Assembly (NCBI GenBank): GCA_963823665.1
Contig: CAWGMQ010000010.1
Span: forward strand, 1,728,001 to 1,792,000
Origin: an uncultured Planctomycetota bacterium
GTDB taxonomy: Bacteria; Planctomycetota; Planctomycetia; Isosphaerales; Isosphaeraceae
Reading direction: 5' to 3'
DNA length: 64,000 nucleotides
Numbering within the stretch: the stretch's first letter is position 1; each line of letters opens with the position of its first letter. A program made the position numbers and the translations under genes. Below are positions 49,217 to 62,164 of this stretch, in pieces. Under the pieces are notes generated by a model. It saw nothing but the letters and a program-made list of their open reading frames with translations, made no database searches and was not told the DNA's origin.

Positions 49217-51224
49217 ATGAACTGCAAGAGACATCGTTTTGGAAGTCGATTCGTCGTGAGGGTCAGCGTGATCCTCGCCTCCTGGCTCGGCGCCGGAGCA
49301 GTCCAGGCGCCGGCCCAAGAAGGGCCTTCGCACGCCGAGGCCCCGGCGCTTTCTCCGCCGCTTGAGAGGATCGATCAGGACAAACTTCTTCTGGGCGTAT
49401 ACACACTCCGGCAGGTCATCGAGAACGGCCGCCACTTGTTCACCACACCCTTCACCAAAGCCGAAGGCTATGGAGAGGGAGGTAAACCGAATGGTTCAGG
49501 CGGGTTTCTGATCGGTCCGCGCGAAACGACCTTCCGCCAGAACCTCGATGCCTTCCGGGTCCAGACCCACTCTAGCCTATCGGACGACCAGCTCCGCCAG
49601 TTCCTGAACTTCCCCGTGCCGGAGGTCAATCCCGATACCCGAAAGATTGTCTACCCCTACCTCCGGCTCAACGGGCTCGATTCTCAAAGTTGCTGGGAGT
49701 GCCACAACTTGATCGGCTCGGAGCGTTTGCCCGACACCCGCACCTATGCACTCTCACGTAAACAGAGCGTTGCCGGCGGCGCGGGGGGATTCGCCGGCAA
49801 CGCGTTCATCAACCCCAACTTACCCAACCCGATCTTCATGTTCATCCGCAACCCGCCGCACATGTTCGGCAGCGGCTACGCGCAGGAGCTTGCGGAGGAG
49901 ATGACGCTGGATTTACTCGGACTGCGGACAATCGCCTTGAGAGACGCTCTCGCGAATCCAGGCGTTGCGGCCACGCAACCTCTACAGGCCAAGACGATTG
50001 ACTTCGGCCTTTTTGTCGTCACGTACACAGGCGACCCCGCCGCCAAGCCCGGTCTGAAGACAGTCACCAACGAGTTGAACGATCACCCAGGCCAGGACCC
50101 GCCGGGCTTCAAGATTCAGTGGGACAAGATTCTTGGTGTAAGCTCCGACCTGGTTGTCCGACCGTTCCAGTTCAAGGGTATCGCTTCGAAATGTGCGCAA
50201 CTTCGTGCGCGACGCGAGCCAGTTCCATTTCGGAATGGAACCACGCGAGAACAATCCTGGTTTTGACACATCAAGCGAGAACCACGATTCGGACAATGAC
50301 GGGGTCCCTGATGAGCTGAGCGTCGGTGACGTCTCGGCCTTGACGATTTACACGATGGCGATCCGACCCCCGTTCCAGGTGCAGTCACGAGATGACGCTG
50401 AAAATCGTTTGGCCAAGCGAGGGCGGAATCTCTTCGAGGGAAACGACGTGTTCACAAAGGCCGTATCCTGCGCACACTGCCATACCCCCTCGCTCCACCT
50501 GATCGACTCCACCGTTGTCGTCAGGGACCCCAGCAAGGACCGCGCGAAGTTCGGTCCGGAGCAGTTGGTCGGCAACGGAATCGGGCTGTCGGCTCAACGG
50601 AAGTCGAGCGCGCAGCTTCCAATCGTGCGGCGGTTCATGGAGCTCGACCCGGTCGCGACGGTCGCGAGCCGAGATGCTGGCTCGGCACTGGACGCGCTGC
50701 GCCAGGCACGGACCAGGTATGAGCTGTCGTTCTTTGCACCGTCGAATAACCCGCTCGACGCGTATGCGTTTGACCTCACGACCCTCAAGCCTGCGAACCG
50801 GCTCCCGAATTCACCCTCGGAACCGAGAGCGCTCTCCGAGACACAACCGAGGCTGCCTGCCTCCGGCCGGTCCATTGAGGTCCCCCTCTTCAGCGACTTG
50901 CGCCGTCACAAGATGGGTAAGGGCTTGAAGGAACGCGATGGCTTCCGCCAGGCGACCGACGTGGCCGGACTCGTTGTGCCCGAGGACGAGTTCCTCACCC
51001 GGCCGCTATGGGGCGTCGGAGACACCGGTCCCTGGCTGCACGACGGCCGCGCCCAGTCGCTCGAAGAGGCCATCTTGTTGCACAGGTCCGAAGGAAGCGA
51101 GGCCAACGATGTCATCGATGCCTTCACGAGCCTACCTCGCGGCGATCAGGACGCCATCATCAAGTTCCTGCTAATTCTGAGGTTGCCGCTCGACCCGCGT
51201 TACGATTTCGATGACTATCGTTAG
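49217..51224 (+). CDS. Secreted di-heme oxidoreductase (DHOR-like) protein, frameshift near 50190
   Basis: Signal peptide, CWECH and CAHCH heme motifs, LFSDLRRHKMG, FLTRPLWGVG, WLHDGRA, LEEAILLH. Confidence 0.85.
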
Positions 51225-51257
51225 ACGAAAGGGGCGGGCACAAAGAGCAGGGGATTC

Positions 51258-51325
51258 GTGTCTCCGCGCCCCCGATTTCTCGCATGACGTTCTGGACGGG
51301 CCTCGCGGCCCGCCGCGAGGCTCGC
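51258..51325 (+). promoter_or_regulatory. Type A promoter/leader copy 8 with a degenerate upstream box
   Basis: cccccgatttctCGCATgacgttctggacgggcctcgcggcccgccgcgaggctcgc-ATG. The upstream box is not conserved. Confidence 0.55.
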
Positions 51326-54300
51326 ATGACCGCATCGCCACCCGACAACGAGGCGATCTTCCACGCCGCCCGCGACATCCCCGACCCGGACCGCCGGCGG
51401 AAGTACGTCCGGGAGGCGTGCGGCGAGAGACGAGGCCCGGATCGCCCACATCGAGGCGCTGCTGGCGGCCGCCGACAGCCCCGACAGTCTGCTGGACCGT
51501 CCGGTGGCGGCCGCTGCCTCGGCGACCATCGACCAGCCTACCACGGAGAGCCTCGGCACAATCGTCGGCCCGTACAAGCTCCTCCAGCAGATCGGCGAGG
51601 GGGGAATGGGCGCCGTCTACATGGCCGATCAGCTCGAGCCGGTTCGCCGCCGCGTGGCGCTGAAGATCATCAAGCCGGGGATGGACAGCCGCCAGGTCAT
51701 CGCCCGCTTCGAGGCCGAGCGGCAGGCCCTGGCCATGATGGACCACCAGAACATCGCCCGCGTCCTCGACGTCGGCACGACCGCCAGCGGCCGGCCCTAC
51801 TTCGTGATGGAGCTGGTCCATGGCGTGCCCATCACCCAGTTTTGCGACGACGGCAAGCTGAACCCGCGGCAGCGGCTGGAACTGTTCGTGCCGGTGTGCC
51901 AGGCGATCCAGCACGCGCATCAGAAGGGGATCATCCACCGCGACGTCAAGCCGTCCAACGTCCTGGTGACGATGTACGACGATCTTCCGGTGCCCAAGGT
52001 GATCGACTTCGGCGTGGCCAAGGCGGTCGAGCAGCGGCTGACGGAAAAGACGATGTTCACGCAGTTCGGCGCCTTTGTCGGCACCTTTGAGTACATGAGC
52101 CCCGAGCAGGCCGAGATGAATGCCTTCGGCGTCGACACGCGCAGCGACATCTACTCGCTGGGCGTCCTGCTCTATGAACTGCTTACAGGGACGACGCCCC
52201 TGGAGCAGAAACGGCTGCGCGAAGCAGGCCTGGCCGAGATGGTGCGGCTGATCAAGGAAGCGGAAGCGCCGCGGCCGAGCGTGCGGCTCTTCAGCTCGAA
52301 CAACCTGCCGAAGATCGCGGCGGCGCGGAACACGGATCCGGGCCGGCTATCGGGAATTGTCCGCGGCGAGCTCGACTGGATCGTGATGAAGTGCCTGGAG
52401 AAGGACCGCAAGCGGCGGTACGAAACCGCAAGCGGCCTGGCGCGGGACATCCAGAGATACCTCGCCGACGAGCCGGTGGAGGCGTGCCCGCCGGGCGCGG
52501 GCTACCGGCTGCGCAAGGCCGCACGCAAGCACCGCACGCCGCTGCTCGTGGCGAGCGCATTCCTGGTACTGCTGGTCTCAGGCGCGGTCGCCAGCGCCTG
52601 GCAAGCCGTTCGCGCCACCGTGGCCGAGAGAGAGGCCGAGAGCCGCAAGCGCGAGGCCGACGACGCCCGGGCGCAGGCCGAAGAGCGGCGCGACAAGCTG
52701 GCGGCCGTGAACGACACCCTGCGACGGGCCAGTTACGTCGCCGACGTGAACCTGGCCCACGTCGCCTGGGACGAGAACAATCTGAGCCGCGCCCACGAGT
52801 TGCTGGAGAAACACCGGCCCCGGCCCGGCGAGACCGATCTGCGCGGGTTCGAATGGCATTACCTTCGCCGTCTTTTTCAGCGCGATCTGCTCACCGTGAA
52901 GGCGCATCCCGGTGGGGTTACGGCCGTCGCCTTCACCCCCGACGGCAAGCGGCTGGTCACTTCCGGTGCGAGCCGCCCACGACAGAAATACTCGGACCCG
53001 AGGCTCGGCGATTTCAAGCTCTGGGATGCGGCTACGGGCCAGCAACTTCGCTTCCCGCTCGGCGGCCGCGCCCTTGAAGTGGAAAGAGTGGCGCTCAGCC
53101 CCGACGGTACCCGTCTCGCCGCGACTTGTTTGAATCAGACGGTCCTGGTATGGGAACTGGCCACCGGCGGCCTCGTCTCGCTGCAAGGGCCCGCGGGAGC
53201 GGTCGCCCGGAATGTGAATTTCAGTCCCGACGGCAAGCGACTGGTCTGCTCGTTTAACCCCGCTGACGACGATCCGACGAAGGATTCGCCGCGTTCGATC
53301 TGGATCTGGGACCTGGTAGAGCGCCGGGCCGTCGTGACCATCGATCGGCTCCCGTGGGGTGGATTCATGGCACCGTCCTTCAGCCCGGACGGCAAACTCC
53401 TGGCCGCCCCCCACGGGAGGGGTCTCGTCAAGGTGTGGGATGCGGCTACAGGCCACGAGGTCTTCTCTTGCAAATACGCCGATAGGTCAATCGTCTGTGA
53501 CGCAGCCTTCAGCCCGGACGGCAAACGTCTGGCCATCTGCGGTTATTATAACGGGATCCGCACCTGGGACGTGGCCAGCCGCGAGATGCTCTCCGCCTGG
53601 ACGTCCGAGTTCCAGGTCCGCGAATGCCTGGCCTTCAGCCGCGACGGCAAACGCCTGGCGACGGGAGGTATCCGCGGGATCGTCGAGGTGTGGGACACCA
53701 TGACGGGTCTCAAGGTCCAGACCTTCAAAGGGCACTTAGGACCGGTCGACGCCATCGCCTTCGCTCCGGACGGCATGCGCCTGGCCACCGGGAGCGCCGA
53801 CGGCACCTTGCGCCTCTGGGACGTGACCGAGCCTCCGGAGGCCGTCTCCATCCCCAAAGATGCAGCCGCGGCCGGAGGATTCCCCGACTTGAGCCCCGAC
53901 GGCCAGACGCTCCTGACCGATCCCGTATCGGGCGAGCGAAGGCCTCTTCGGCTCTGGGACACCGCCACGGGCAAGCCGCGCTGCGAGGCGATCGAGCTCC
54001 CGCAGCCCGCAGTCAGCTGGGCATGGACCGCCGACGGGAATCATCTGTACCTCGCAGACTCCGGCAAGGCCATCCGCGTCGTGGACGTCGCGACCGGCAA
54101 GGTGATCCGCACGTTCCCGGTCGACGCCGAAATCAATCCACTTAGGTACGACATCGCGCTTAGTCCTGATGAGAGATGGTGCGCGAACAGCGGGCCAGCC
54201 GGCACGATCACGGTGCGGGATGCCCAGAACGGCGCCCCATTCCGCACGATGGGGAAGCTCGAAGGCTCGGCGGGGATCTTGGCGTTCGGCCCGGACGGCT

Positions 54301-54758
54301 CGCGGTTGCTGGGAGCCGATGAGTACGGGGCGCTCAAGATCTGGGAAGTCGCCACGGGGCGCGAGATCGCGGCGACACGTTTGAGCGGCGTCTTGATCCA
54401 GGTCGCCCGGTTCAGCGCGGACGGAAAGCGCGTGGCCGTCGCGGGCCTCGTCGGTCAGTTGCTGACCGGTGAGGTGCGGATCCTGGACGCCGAAACCGCC
54501 CGCGAAGTCCAATCACTCAGGGGGCACTCCGCCAACGTGAAGGACGCGGTTTTCAGCCCCGACGGCGGGCGCCTGGCTACCGCGAGCGTGGACCAGACGA
54601 TCCGGATCTGGGACCTCGCCACCGGCCAGGAGATCCTCAAGTTGAGCGGCGACCCGAAGGTCTACACTGTCCGGTTCGTCGCGGGCGGCCGCCGATTGAT
54701 CGGCGCATCGGCGGATCGGACCATCCGCGTCTGGGACGCCACGCCGCTGCCGGAATAG
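51326..54758 (+). CDS. Membrane Ser/Thr kinase with WD40 propellers (STK6), frameshift near 51425
   Basis: [12 protein letters not shown] leader, kinase motifs, a TM helix, [10 protein letters not shown] and many [11 protein letters not shown] blades. Confidence 0.92.
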
Positions 54759-54807
54759 CGTCCTGTCCCGGTCGATCCCTGCCCCCCACTGCGTTATCAT
54801 GGCCGGC

Positions 54808-55365
54808 ATGAGTGAAGTCACACAGCTTTTGGATCAGATCCAGCAAGGCGATCCGCAAGCCGCTGCCGACCTGCTGCCCTTGGTCTATTCCGAATTGCGT
54901 CGCCTCGCCGCGGCGCGGTTGGCTCATGAAAAGCCCGGACAGACACTGGATGCGACGGCCTTGGTGCACGAAGCGTACCTGCGCCTGGTGGGGCCGGCCG
55001 ACGAGGAACGCTGGCGGAGCCGCGGCCACTTTTTCGCCGCCGCGGCCGAAGCAATGCGCCGAATTCTCGTCGAGCTTGCCCGGCGAAAGAGTCGAAAGAA
55101 ACGCGGGGGCGAACGTGTCCGCACGAACCTGGATCAGGTCGAGCCGGCTGCGGCGCCGCCCGGCGAGGACTTGCTGGCCCTCGACGAAGCCTTGACCCGG
55201 CTTGCCGTTGCCGATCCGATCGCCGCGGAGCTCGTGAAACTGCGCTATTTTGCCGGCATGACGATTCCTCAAGCCGCCGAATCTCTGGGCATAGGGAAGC
55301 GGTCGGCCGACCGGCTCTGGCTTTATGCCCGTGCCTGGCTGCGCAACGCGCTTTCCGAGAGCTAG
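54808..55365 (+). CDS. ECF sigma factor, TIGR02999/ECF43-like (ECF-B)
   Basis: MSEVTQLL...LLPLVYSELRRLA...QTLDATALVHEAYLRL...WLYARAWL. The start was chosen by alignment with ECF-A. Confidence 0.92.
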   Translation: MSEVTQLLDQIQQGDPQAAADLLPLVYSELRRLAAARLAHEKPGQTLDATALVHEAYLRLVGPADEERWRSRGHFFAAAAEAMRRILVELARRKSRKKRGGERVRTNLDQVEPAAAPPGEDLLALDEALTRLAVADPIAAELVKLRYFAGMTIPQAAESLGIGKRSADRLWLYARAWLRNALSES

Positions 55366-55386
55366 GAATTAGCCAACGGATTTTCC

Positions 55387-55415
55387 TGGCGCGATTTCTG
55401 CGCCGTTGGCGCATG
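55387..55415 (+). promoter_or_regulatory. Putative ECF promoter, type B copy 1
   Basis: TGGCGCG-N16-CGCATG. Confidence 0.65.
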
Positions 55416-55461
55416 TTGAATTGCAGTCGAAGCGGCGACCTCCAAGCGGGAGAAAACGCCA

Positions 55462-58400
55462 ATGGGCGAACGATCGATTTTCATCGCGGCGCTGGAAAAG
55501 GACGATGCCGCCGAGCGCGCCGCCTATCTCGACCAGGCGTGCGCCGGTGATGAGCTCTTCGCGCACGGATCGAACGGTTGCTCAAGGCACACGAGCCCGC
55601 CGACAGTTTCCTCGAGCGAGGTCCCACAGTCCTGGATGCGACCGACAATCTCGATCCGATCGCGGAACCCCTCGGCACGGTCATTGGCCCGTACAAGCTT
55701 ATTGAGCCGATCGGCGAGGGGGGCATGGGCAGCGTCTGGATGGCACAGCAGACCGAGCCGATCAAACGCTTGGTCGCCGTCAAATTGATCAGGGCCGGCA
55801 TGGACTCCCGCCAGGTCATCGCCCGCTTCGAGGCCGAGCGGCAGGCGCTGGCCCTGATGGACCACCCCAACATCGCCCGCGTCCTGGACGCCGGCACCAC
55901 AAGCGCTGGCCGGCCGTACTTCGTCATGGATCTCGTCAAGGGAGTGCCCATCACGCGCTACTGCGACGAGCACCACCTCACGCCGCGGCAGCGGCTGGAA
56001 CTCTTCATCCCCGTCTGCCAGGCCGTCCAGCACGCTCATCAGAAGGGCATCATCCACCGTGACTTGAAGCCCTCCAACGTGCTGGTCGCGCAATACGACG
56101 GCAAGCCGGTGCCGAAGATCATCGACTTCGGCGTGGCCAAGGCTGCCGGGCAACAGTTGACCGAGAAGACGCTCGTCACCGGCTTCGGCGCGATCGTGGG
56201 CACGCTGGAATACATGTCGCCCGAGCAGGCGGAGTTGAACCAGCTCGACATCGACACGCGCAGCGACATCTACTCGCTGGGCGTGCTGCTCTACGAGTTG
56301 CTTACCGGCAGCCCGCCGTTTTCCCGCAAGGAGTTGACGCAGGCCGGCATGCTGGAGATGCTCCGCGTGATCCGCGAGCAGGAGCCATCGAAACCGAGCA
56401 CGAAGCTGAGCACGGCCGAAGGTTTGCCCACATTGGCCGCCAACCGCGGGACAGAGCCGGCCAAGCTGACAAAGCTGGTGCGTGGCGAACTGGATTGGAT
56501 CGTGATGAAGGCGCTGGAGAAAGACCGCAACCGCCGCTACGAGACGGCCAACGGCTTCGCCATCGACGTGCAGCGTTTCCTCTCGGGCGAGCCCGTGCTG
56601 GCGGTGCCGGCGACCACGCTGTACCGGCTGCGGAAGTTTGTAAAGCGGCACAGGGGGCCGGTGGCGGCGGTGGGGCTGGTCCTGCTCACGCTGGTCGGCG
56701 GCATAGCCGGGACGACGTCGGGTCTGCTGCGGGCCGCGGCGAAGAATCGAGAAGCCGTGGCCCAACGCGATGCCAAGGATAGGGCGCTGATAAGCGAGCA
56801 ACAGGCCCGCGCTGACGAAACGAAGGCCCGCCAGCAAGCGTTCGCCGCCTTGCGGAGCATGACCACCGACGTGGTCGAGAGGAAGTTCGCCCAGGGGACT
56901 GCGCTCACGGCGGACGATCGGGCGTTCCTCCGCGGTGTCATCGCACAGTTCGATGCCTTTGCGGCGATCAAGGGAAACGACGCCGGCAGCCGGTTTGTGC
57001 GGGCCGACGGACGATCGCGGGTCGGCAACATTCGTCGCAGACTAGGTGAGCTCAAGGAGGCGGAGCAGGACTTAGGCCAGGCTATGAGCATGTACAAGGA
57101 ACTGGCGGCCGACTTCCCTGGTCGACCCGACTTCCGCAAGGAACTGGCCGCAACTCACCGCCTCCGGGGCCTTCTGTTGGTTCAGTTGGGCCGGCTCAGA
57201 GAGGCGGAGCCGGACATCAACCAGGCCGTGACGCTCAACGAGCAACTGGCGGCGGACTTCGCCTCACAAGCCGACGACAGCCAGGAGCTGGCCAGAAGCT
57301 TTAACAACCGAGGCCTTCTGCGGCAGGAGACAGGCCGGCCGAAAGAGGCCGAGCAGGACTTCGAACAGGTCCTGCGCATCTACACGCAACTGGGGGCCGA
57401 CTTCCTTGGTCGACCCGACTTCCGCAAGGATCTGGCCCGTGGTCAGCATAACCTGGCTTTCCTGCTGAGCATCACGGGCCGGCTGCCTGAGGCGTTAACG
57501 GCCTTCGACCAGGCCCTGGGCGTCCAGAAGCAACTGGCGGCGGAGTTTCCGTCCCAACCCGAGTTCCGCAATGAGGCAGCCGTAACTCACATCGACCGGG
57601 GCACGCTGCTGGTGAACATGGGCCGGCCCAAGGAGGCGGAAGAGGACTGCGACCAGGCCGTGCGTATCTACACGCAACTGGCGGCTGACTTCCCCTCGGC
57701 ACCCGAATTCCGCACGAGGCTGGCCACAGGTCACCACAACCGGGGAAATGTGCGGCTCGCCACGGGCCGGCTGCCTCTGGCAGAGAAGGACTTCGATCAG
57801 GCCCTGAGTATCAACAAGCAACTCGCGGCCGACTTCCCCTCCCAAACTGCGTTCCGCCACGACCTGGCCTCCAGCCGCAGTGCCCGCGGCAGTCTGCTGT
57901 TGGAAATGGGCCGGCTCAAGGAGGCAGAGCAGGAATATGACCAAACCTTGAGCGTCCGGAAGCAACTGGTAGCCGAGTCCCCCAGCCAGCCGGACCTGCG
58001 GAAGGAACTGGGGGGCACCTTCGACAACCTGGCGCTTGTCTATCTGCGCCAAGGATACTTTGCTGCGGCCAAACCCCTGCTCCTGGAGGGCCTGCCGCAC
58101 CATCTGGCCGCCCTGAAGGTCAACCCCCGGCATCCTCAATATCGCCTGACCTACCGCAAGCATCTGAGCCTGCTGCCAGAGGTTCACGCGGAGCTGCTGG
58201 AGCAGGAAGATGCCGTGCACGCCGCTCTTGCCGTGGGGGACCTGGGTTATGACCCGCCCGCGGATGCCTACGACGCGGCGTGTCTTCTGAGCCGGTGCGT
58301 CCGGAGGGTATCGAAGCACGACAAGTTGGACGACAAAGAGCGCCAGCAGGCGGCGCAGTTCTACGGCGACGAGGCGATGAAGCTCCTCCGCGCAGCGGTG

Positions 58401-58541
58401 AGCAAGGGCTTCAAAAACGTGGCGCACATGAAAAAAGACACCGATCTCGATCCCTTGCGCAAGCGGGACGATTTCCAGAAGCTCGTCGCGGAGCTGGAGG
58501 CCGCGGCCGTCCCAGAAAAAGATAAAAGCATAGAAGAATAA
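55462..58541 (+). CDS. Membrane Ser/Thr kinase with diverged 48-aa repeats (STK7), frameshift near 55560
   Basis: MGERSIFIAALE leader plus ORF 55578..58541. Confidence 0.92.
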
Positions 58542-58554
58542 TCGACCGATTTTC

Positions 58555-58583
58555 TTGCGCGATTTCCGCGCCGATGGCGCATC
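58555..58583 (+). promoter_or_regulatory. Putative ECF promoter, type B copy 2
   Basis: TTGCGCG-N16-CGCATC. Confidence 0.65.
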
Positions 58584-58628
58584 CTGAATTGGAGTGGAAG
58601 AGGCGATCTCGAAGCGAGTGAAAACGCC

Positions 58629-61600
58629 ATGAGCGAACGAACGATTTTCATCGCGGCGCTGGAAAACGACGATGCCAACGAGCGGGCCGCCTATCTCGAC
58701 CAGGCGTGCGCCGGTGATGAGCTCTTGCGCGAACGGATCGAACGGTTGCTCAAGGCACACGAGCCGGCCGACAACTTCCTCGAGCGTGCGTCCCGCAGTC
58801 CTCGATGCTACCGACAATTTTGAGCCAATCGCCGAATCTGCCGGCACGGTGATCGGCCCGTACAAGCTCATTGAGCCGATCGGCGAGGGCGGCATGGGCA
58901 GCGTCTGGATGGCACAGCAGACCGAGCCGGTCAAGCGCCTGGTCGCCGTCAAGTTGATCAAGGCCGGCATGGACTCCCGGCAGGTCATCGCCCGCTTCGA
59001 GGCCGAGCGGCAGGCGCTGGCCCTGATGGACCACCCGAACATCGCCCACGTGCTCGATGCCGGCACCACCAGCGGTGGCCGGCCGTACTTCGTCATGGAT
59101 CTGGTCAAGGGGATGCCCATCACCCGCTACTGCGACGAGCACCAGCTCACGCCGCGGCAGCGGCTGGAACTGTTCATTCCGGTCTGCCAGGCGGTCCAGC
59201 ACGCGCATCAGAAGGGCATCATCCACCGCGACTTCAAGCCCTCCAACGTGCTGGTCGCCCTCTACGACGGCAAGCCGGTGCCCAAGGTCATCGACTTCGG
59301 CGTGGCCAAGGCGACCGGGCAACAGCTGACCGACAAGACGCTGGTCACCGGCTTCGGGGCGATCGTCGGCACGCTGGAATACATGTCGCCCGAGCAGGCG
59401 GAGGTCAACCAGCTCGACATCGACACCCGCAGCGACATCTACTCGCTGGGCGTGCTGCTCTACGAGTTGCTGACCGGCAGCCCGCCGTTCTGCCGCAAGG
59501 AGCTGGACAAGGCCGGCATGCTGGAGATGCTGCGCGTGATCCGCGAGCAGGAGCCATCGAAACCGAGCACGAAGCTGAGCACGGCCGACGGCTTGCCGAC
59601 GCTGGCCGCCAACCGCGGGACGGAGCCGGCAAAGCTGACCAAGCTGGTCCGGGGCGAACTCGACTGGATCGTGATGAAGGCGCTGGAGAAGGACCGCGGC
59701 CGGCGTTACGAGACGGCCAACGGCTTCGCGATGGACGTGCAGCGCTACCTGGCGGGCGAGCCGGTGCTGGCGGCGCCGGCGACCGGCTGTACCGGCTGCG
59801 GAAATTTGTAAAGCGGCATCGGGGGCCGGTCGCGGCGGCGGGGCTGGTCCTGCTGACGTTGGTCGGCGGCATCGCCGGGACGACGTGGGGCCTGCTGGCG
59901 GCCGCGTGCCGAGGCGAAGAATCGAGAAGCCGTGGCCGAGCGCGATGCCAAGGATCGGGCCCTGAAAAGCGGAACAACAGGCCCGCGCAGACGAAACGAA
60001 GGCCCGGCAGCAAGCGTTCGCCGCCTTGCGGAGCATGACCACCGACGTGGTCGAGACGGAAGTTCGCCCAGGGGACGGTGCTGACGGAGGACGACCGGGC
60101 GTTCCTGCGCGGCGTCATCGCGCAGTTCGATGCCTTTGCGGCGATCAAGGGAAACGACGCCGACAGCCGGGCGATGCGGGCGGAGGGACGATTCCGAGTC
60201 GGCACCATGCGTCACAGGCTGGGTGAACTCCAGGAGGCGGAGCAGGACTACGACCAGGCCCTCATCATCCAGAAGCAACTGGCGGCCGACTTCCCCTCCC
60301 GCCCCGAGTTCCGCGAGGGCCTGGCCAATGGCCACAACAACCGGGGCATTCTGCTGCGGAAGACGGGCCGGCTCAAGGAGGCGGAGCAGGACTACGACCA
60401 GGCCCTGAGCATCAAGAAGCAACTGGCGGCCGACTTCCCCGCCCGACCCGAGTTCCGCCAGGAGCTGGCCAAAAGCCACAACAACCGAGGCACTCTGCTG
60501 CAGAAAACGGGCCGGCCCAAGGAAGCGGAGCAGGACTACGACCAGGCCCTGAGCATCCAGCAAGCAACTGGCGGCCGACTTCCCCTCCCGACCCGAGTTC
60601 CGCCAGGAGCTGGCCAGAAGCCACAACAACCGGGGCAATCTGCTGCGCGACACGGGCCGGCCCAAGGAGGCGGAGCAGGACTACGACCAGGCCCTCTTCA
60701 TCCAGAAGCAACTGGCGGCCGACTTCCCTGCCCGACCCGAGTTCCGCCAGGAGCTGGCCAGAAGCCACTTCAACCGGGGCGGTCTTCTGCGTGAGACGGG
60801 CCGGCTCCAGGAGGCGGAGAAGGACTACGACCAGGCCCTGAGCGTCCAGAAGCAACTGGCGGCCGACTTCCCCGCCCGACCCGAGTTTCGCCAGGAACTG
60901 GCCAGAAGCCACAACAGCCGAGGCAATCTGCTGCGTGACACGGGCCGGCTGACAGAGGCGGAGCAGGACTACGACCAGGCCCTGAACATCAAGAAGCAAC
61001 TGGCGGCCGACTTCCCCGCCCGACCCGAGTTCCGCCAGGACCTGGCCAGAAGCCACAACAGCCGAGGCAATCTGCTGCGTGACACGGGCCGGCCCAAGGA
61101 GGCGGAGCAGGACTACGGCCAGGCCGTATGCCTCTACAAGCAGCTAGTGGCCGACTTCCCCTCCCGGCCCGAGTTCCGCCAGGACCTGGCCAGAAGCCAC
61201 AACAGCCGGGGCAATCTACTGGCTACCACGGGCCGGCCCAAGGAGGCGGAGACAGGACTTCGACCAGGCACTGAGCCTCGACCAGCAATTGGCGGCCGAC
61301 TTCCCCAACCAGCCGGACCTGCGGAACGACCTGGCGGGCACCTGCGTGAACCTGGCGCATCTCCATCAACTCGAGGGGCAACTGGGCTGCCGCCAAACGG
61401 CTGCTCCTGGAAGGCCGGCCGCACCACCTGGCCGCCCTGAAGGCCAACCCCCGCCACCCGGCCTATCGCCAGTTCTATCGCACCCATCTCGGCCTGCTGA
61501 CCGAGGTCCACGCGGGGCTGCTGGAGCAGGAGGACGCTGTCCGCACCGCCGAAACGTGTCGGGACCTGGGCTGGAACGCGCCGGCGGATGCCTACGACGC

Positions 61601-61859
61601 GGCGTGCATGCTGAGCCAGTGCGTCCCCATCGTGGCCAAGCACGACAAGCTGGACGACCAGCAGCGGAAGCCAGCGGCGCAGTTCTATGGCGACGCGGCG
61701 ACGAAGATGCTCCGCGATGCAGTGAGCAAGGGCTACAAGGACTTGGCGCACATGAAGAAAGACACCGATCTCGATCCCTTGCGCCAGCGGGACGATTACC
61801 GGAAGCTCGTCGCCGAACTGCAGACCGCGGCCGTCCCAGAAAAAGTTAATAGCAGATAG
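58629..61859 (+). CDS. Membrane Ser/Thr kinase with near-identical 48-aa repeats (STK8), several frameshifts
   Basis: Paralog of STK7, pieced together from ORFs at 58629, 58672, 60078, 61147 and 61608. Confidence 0.85.
60230..61310 (+). repeat. 144-bp tandem repeat array inside STK8
   Basis: Anchor ggact(a/t)cg at 60245, 60389, 60533, 60678, 60822, 60966, 61110 and 61255. Confidence 0.92.
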
Positions 61860-61866
61860 GTGACAC

Positions 61867-61955
61867 GCCCGCGCCTGGCTGCGTGACGCAGCTTTCTGCC
61901 AGCTAGAAATTAGCCAACGGATTTCTTGGCGCGAATTCCACGCCGACGGCGCATG
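61867..61955 (+). promoter_or_regulatory. Orphan ECF-B 3' tail plus type B promoter copy 3
   Basis: gcccgcgcctggctgcgtgacgcagctttctgccagctagaaattagccaacggattt resembles 55327-55383. TGGCGCG-N16-CGCATG lies at 61927-61955. Confidence 0.75.
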
Positions 61956-62007
61956 CTGTCTTGGAGTCGCAGCGGCGATCTCCAGGCGAGATAGAGGCAA
62001 GCCGTTC

Positions 62008-62164
62008 ATCACCGAACTGACTACACCCAAAGCGAAGCGGCCGGCGGGGTCCTTACCGCCAAGCAAGCCCCCGCCGGCCCGGCAACGCTCCAGCGATCGG
62101 TCTGCGCGCTGGGACGATGTCTATTGCATTGTATCGCAGACCAGCTCCCGAAAGGAGAAACATC
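62008..62164 (+). ncRNA. Candidate structured 5' leader, copy 2
   Basis: Stems 62039-49/62069-79 and 62099-106/62135-42, then an AAAGGAG RBS. Confidence 0.45.
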
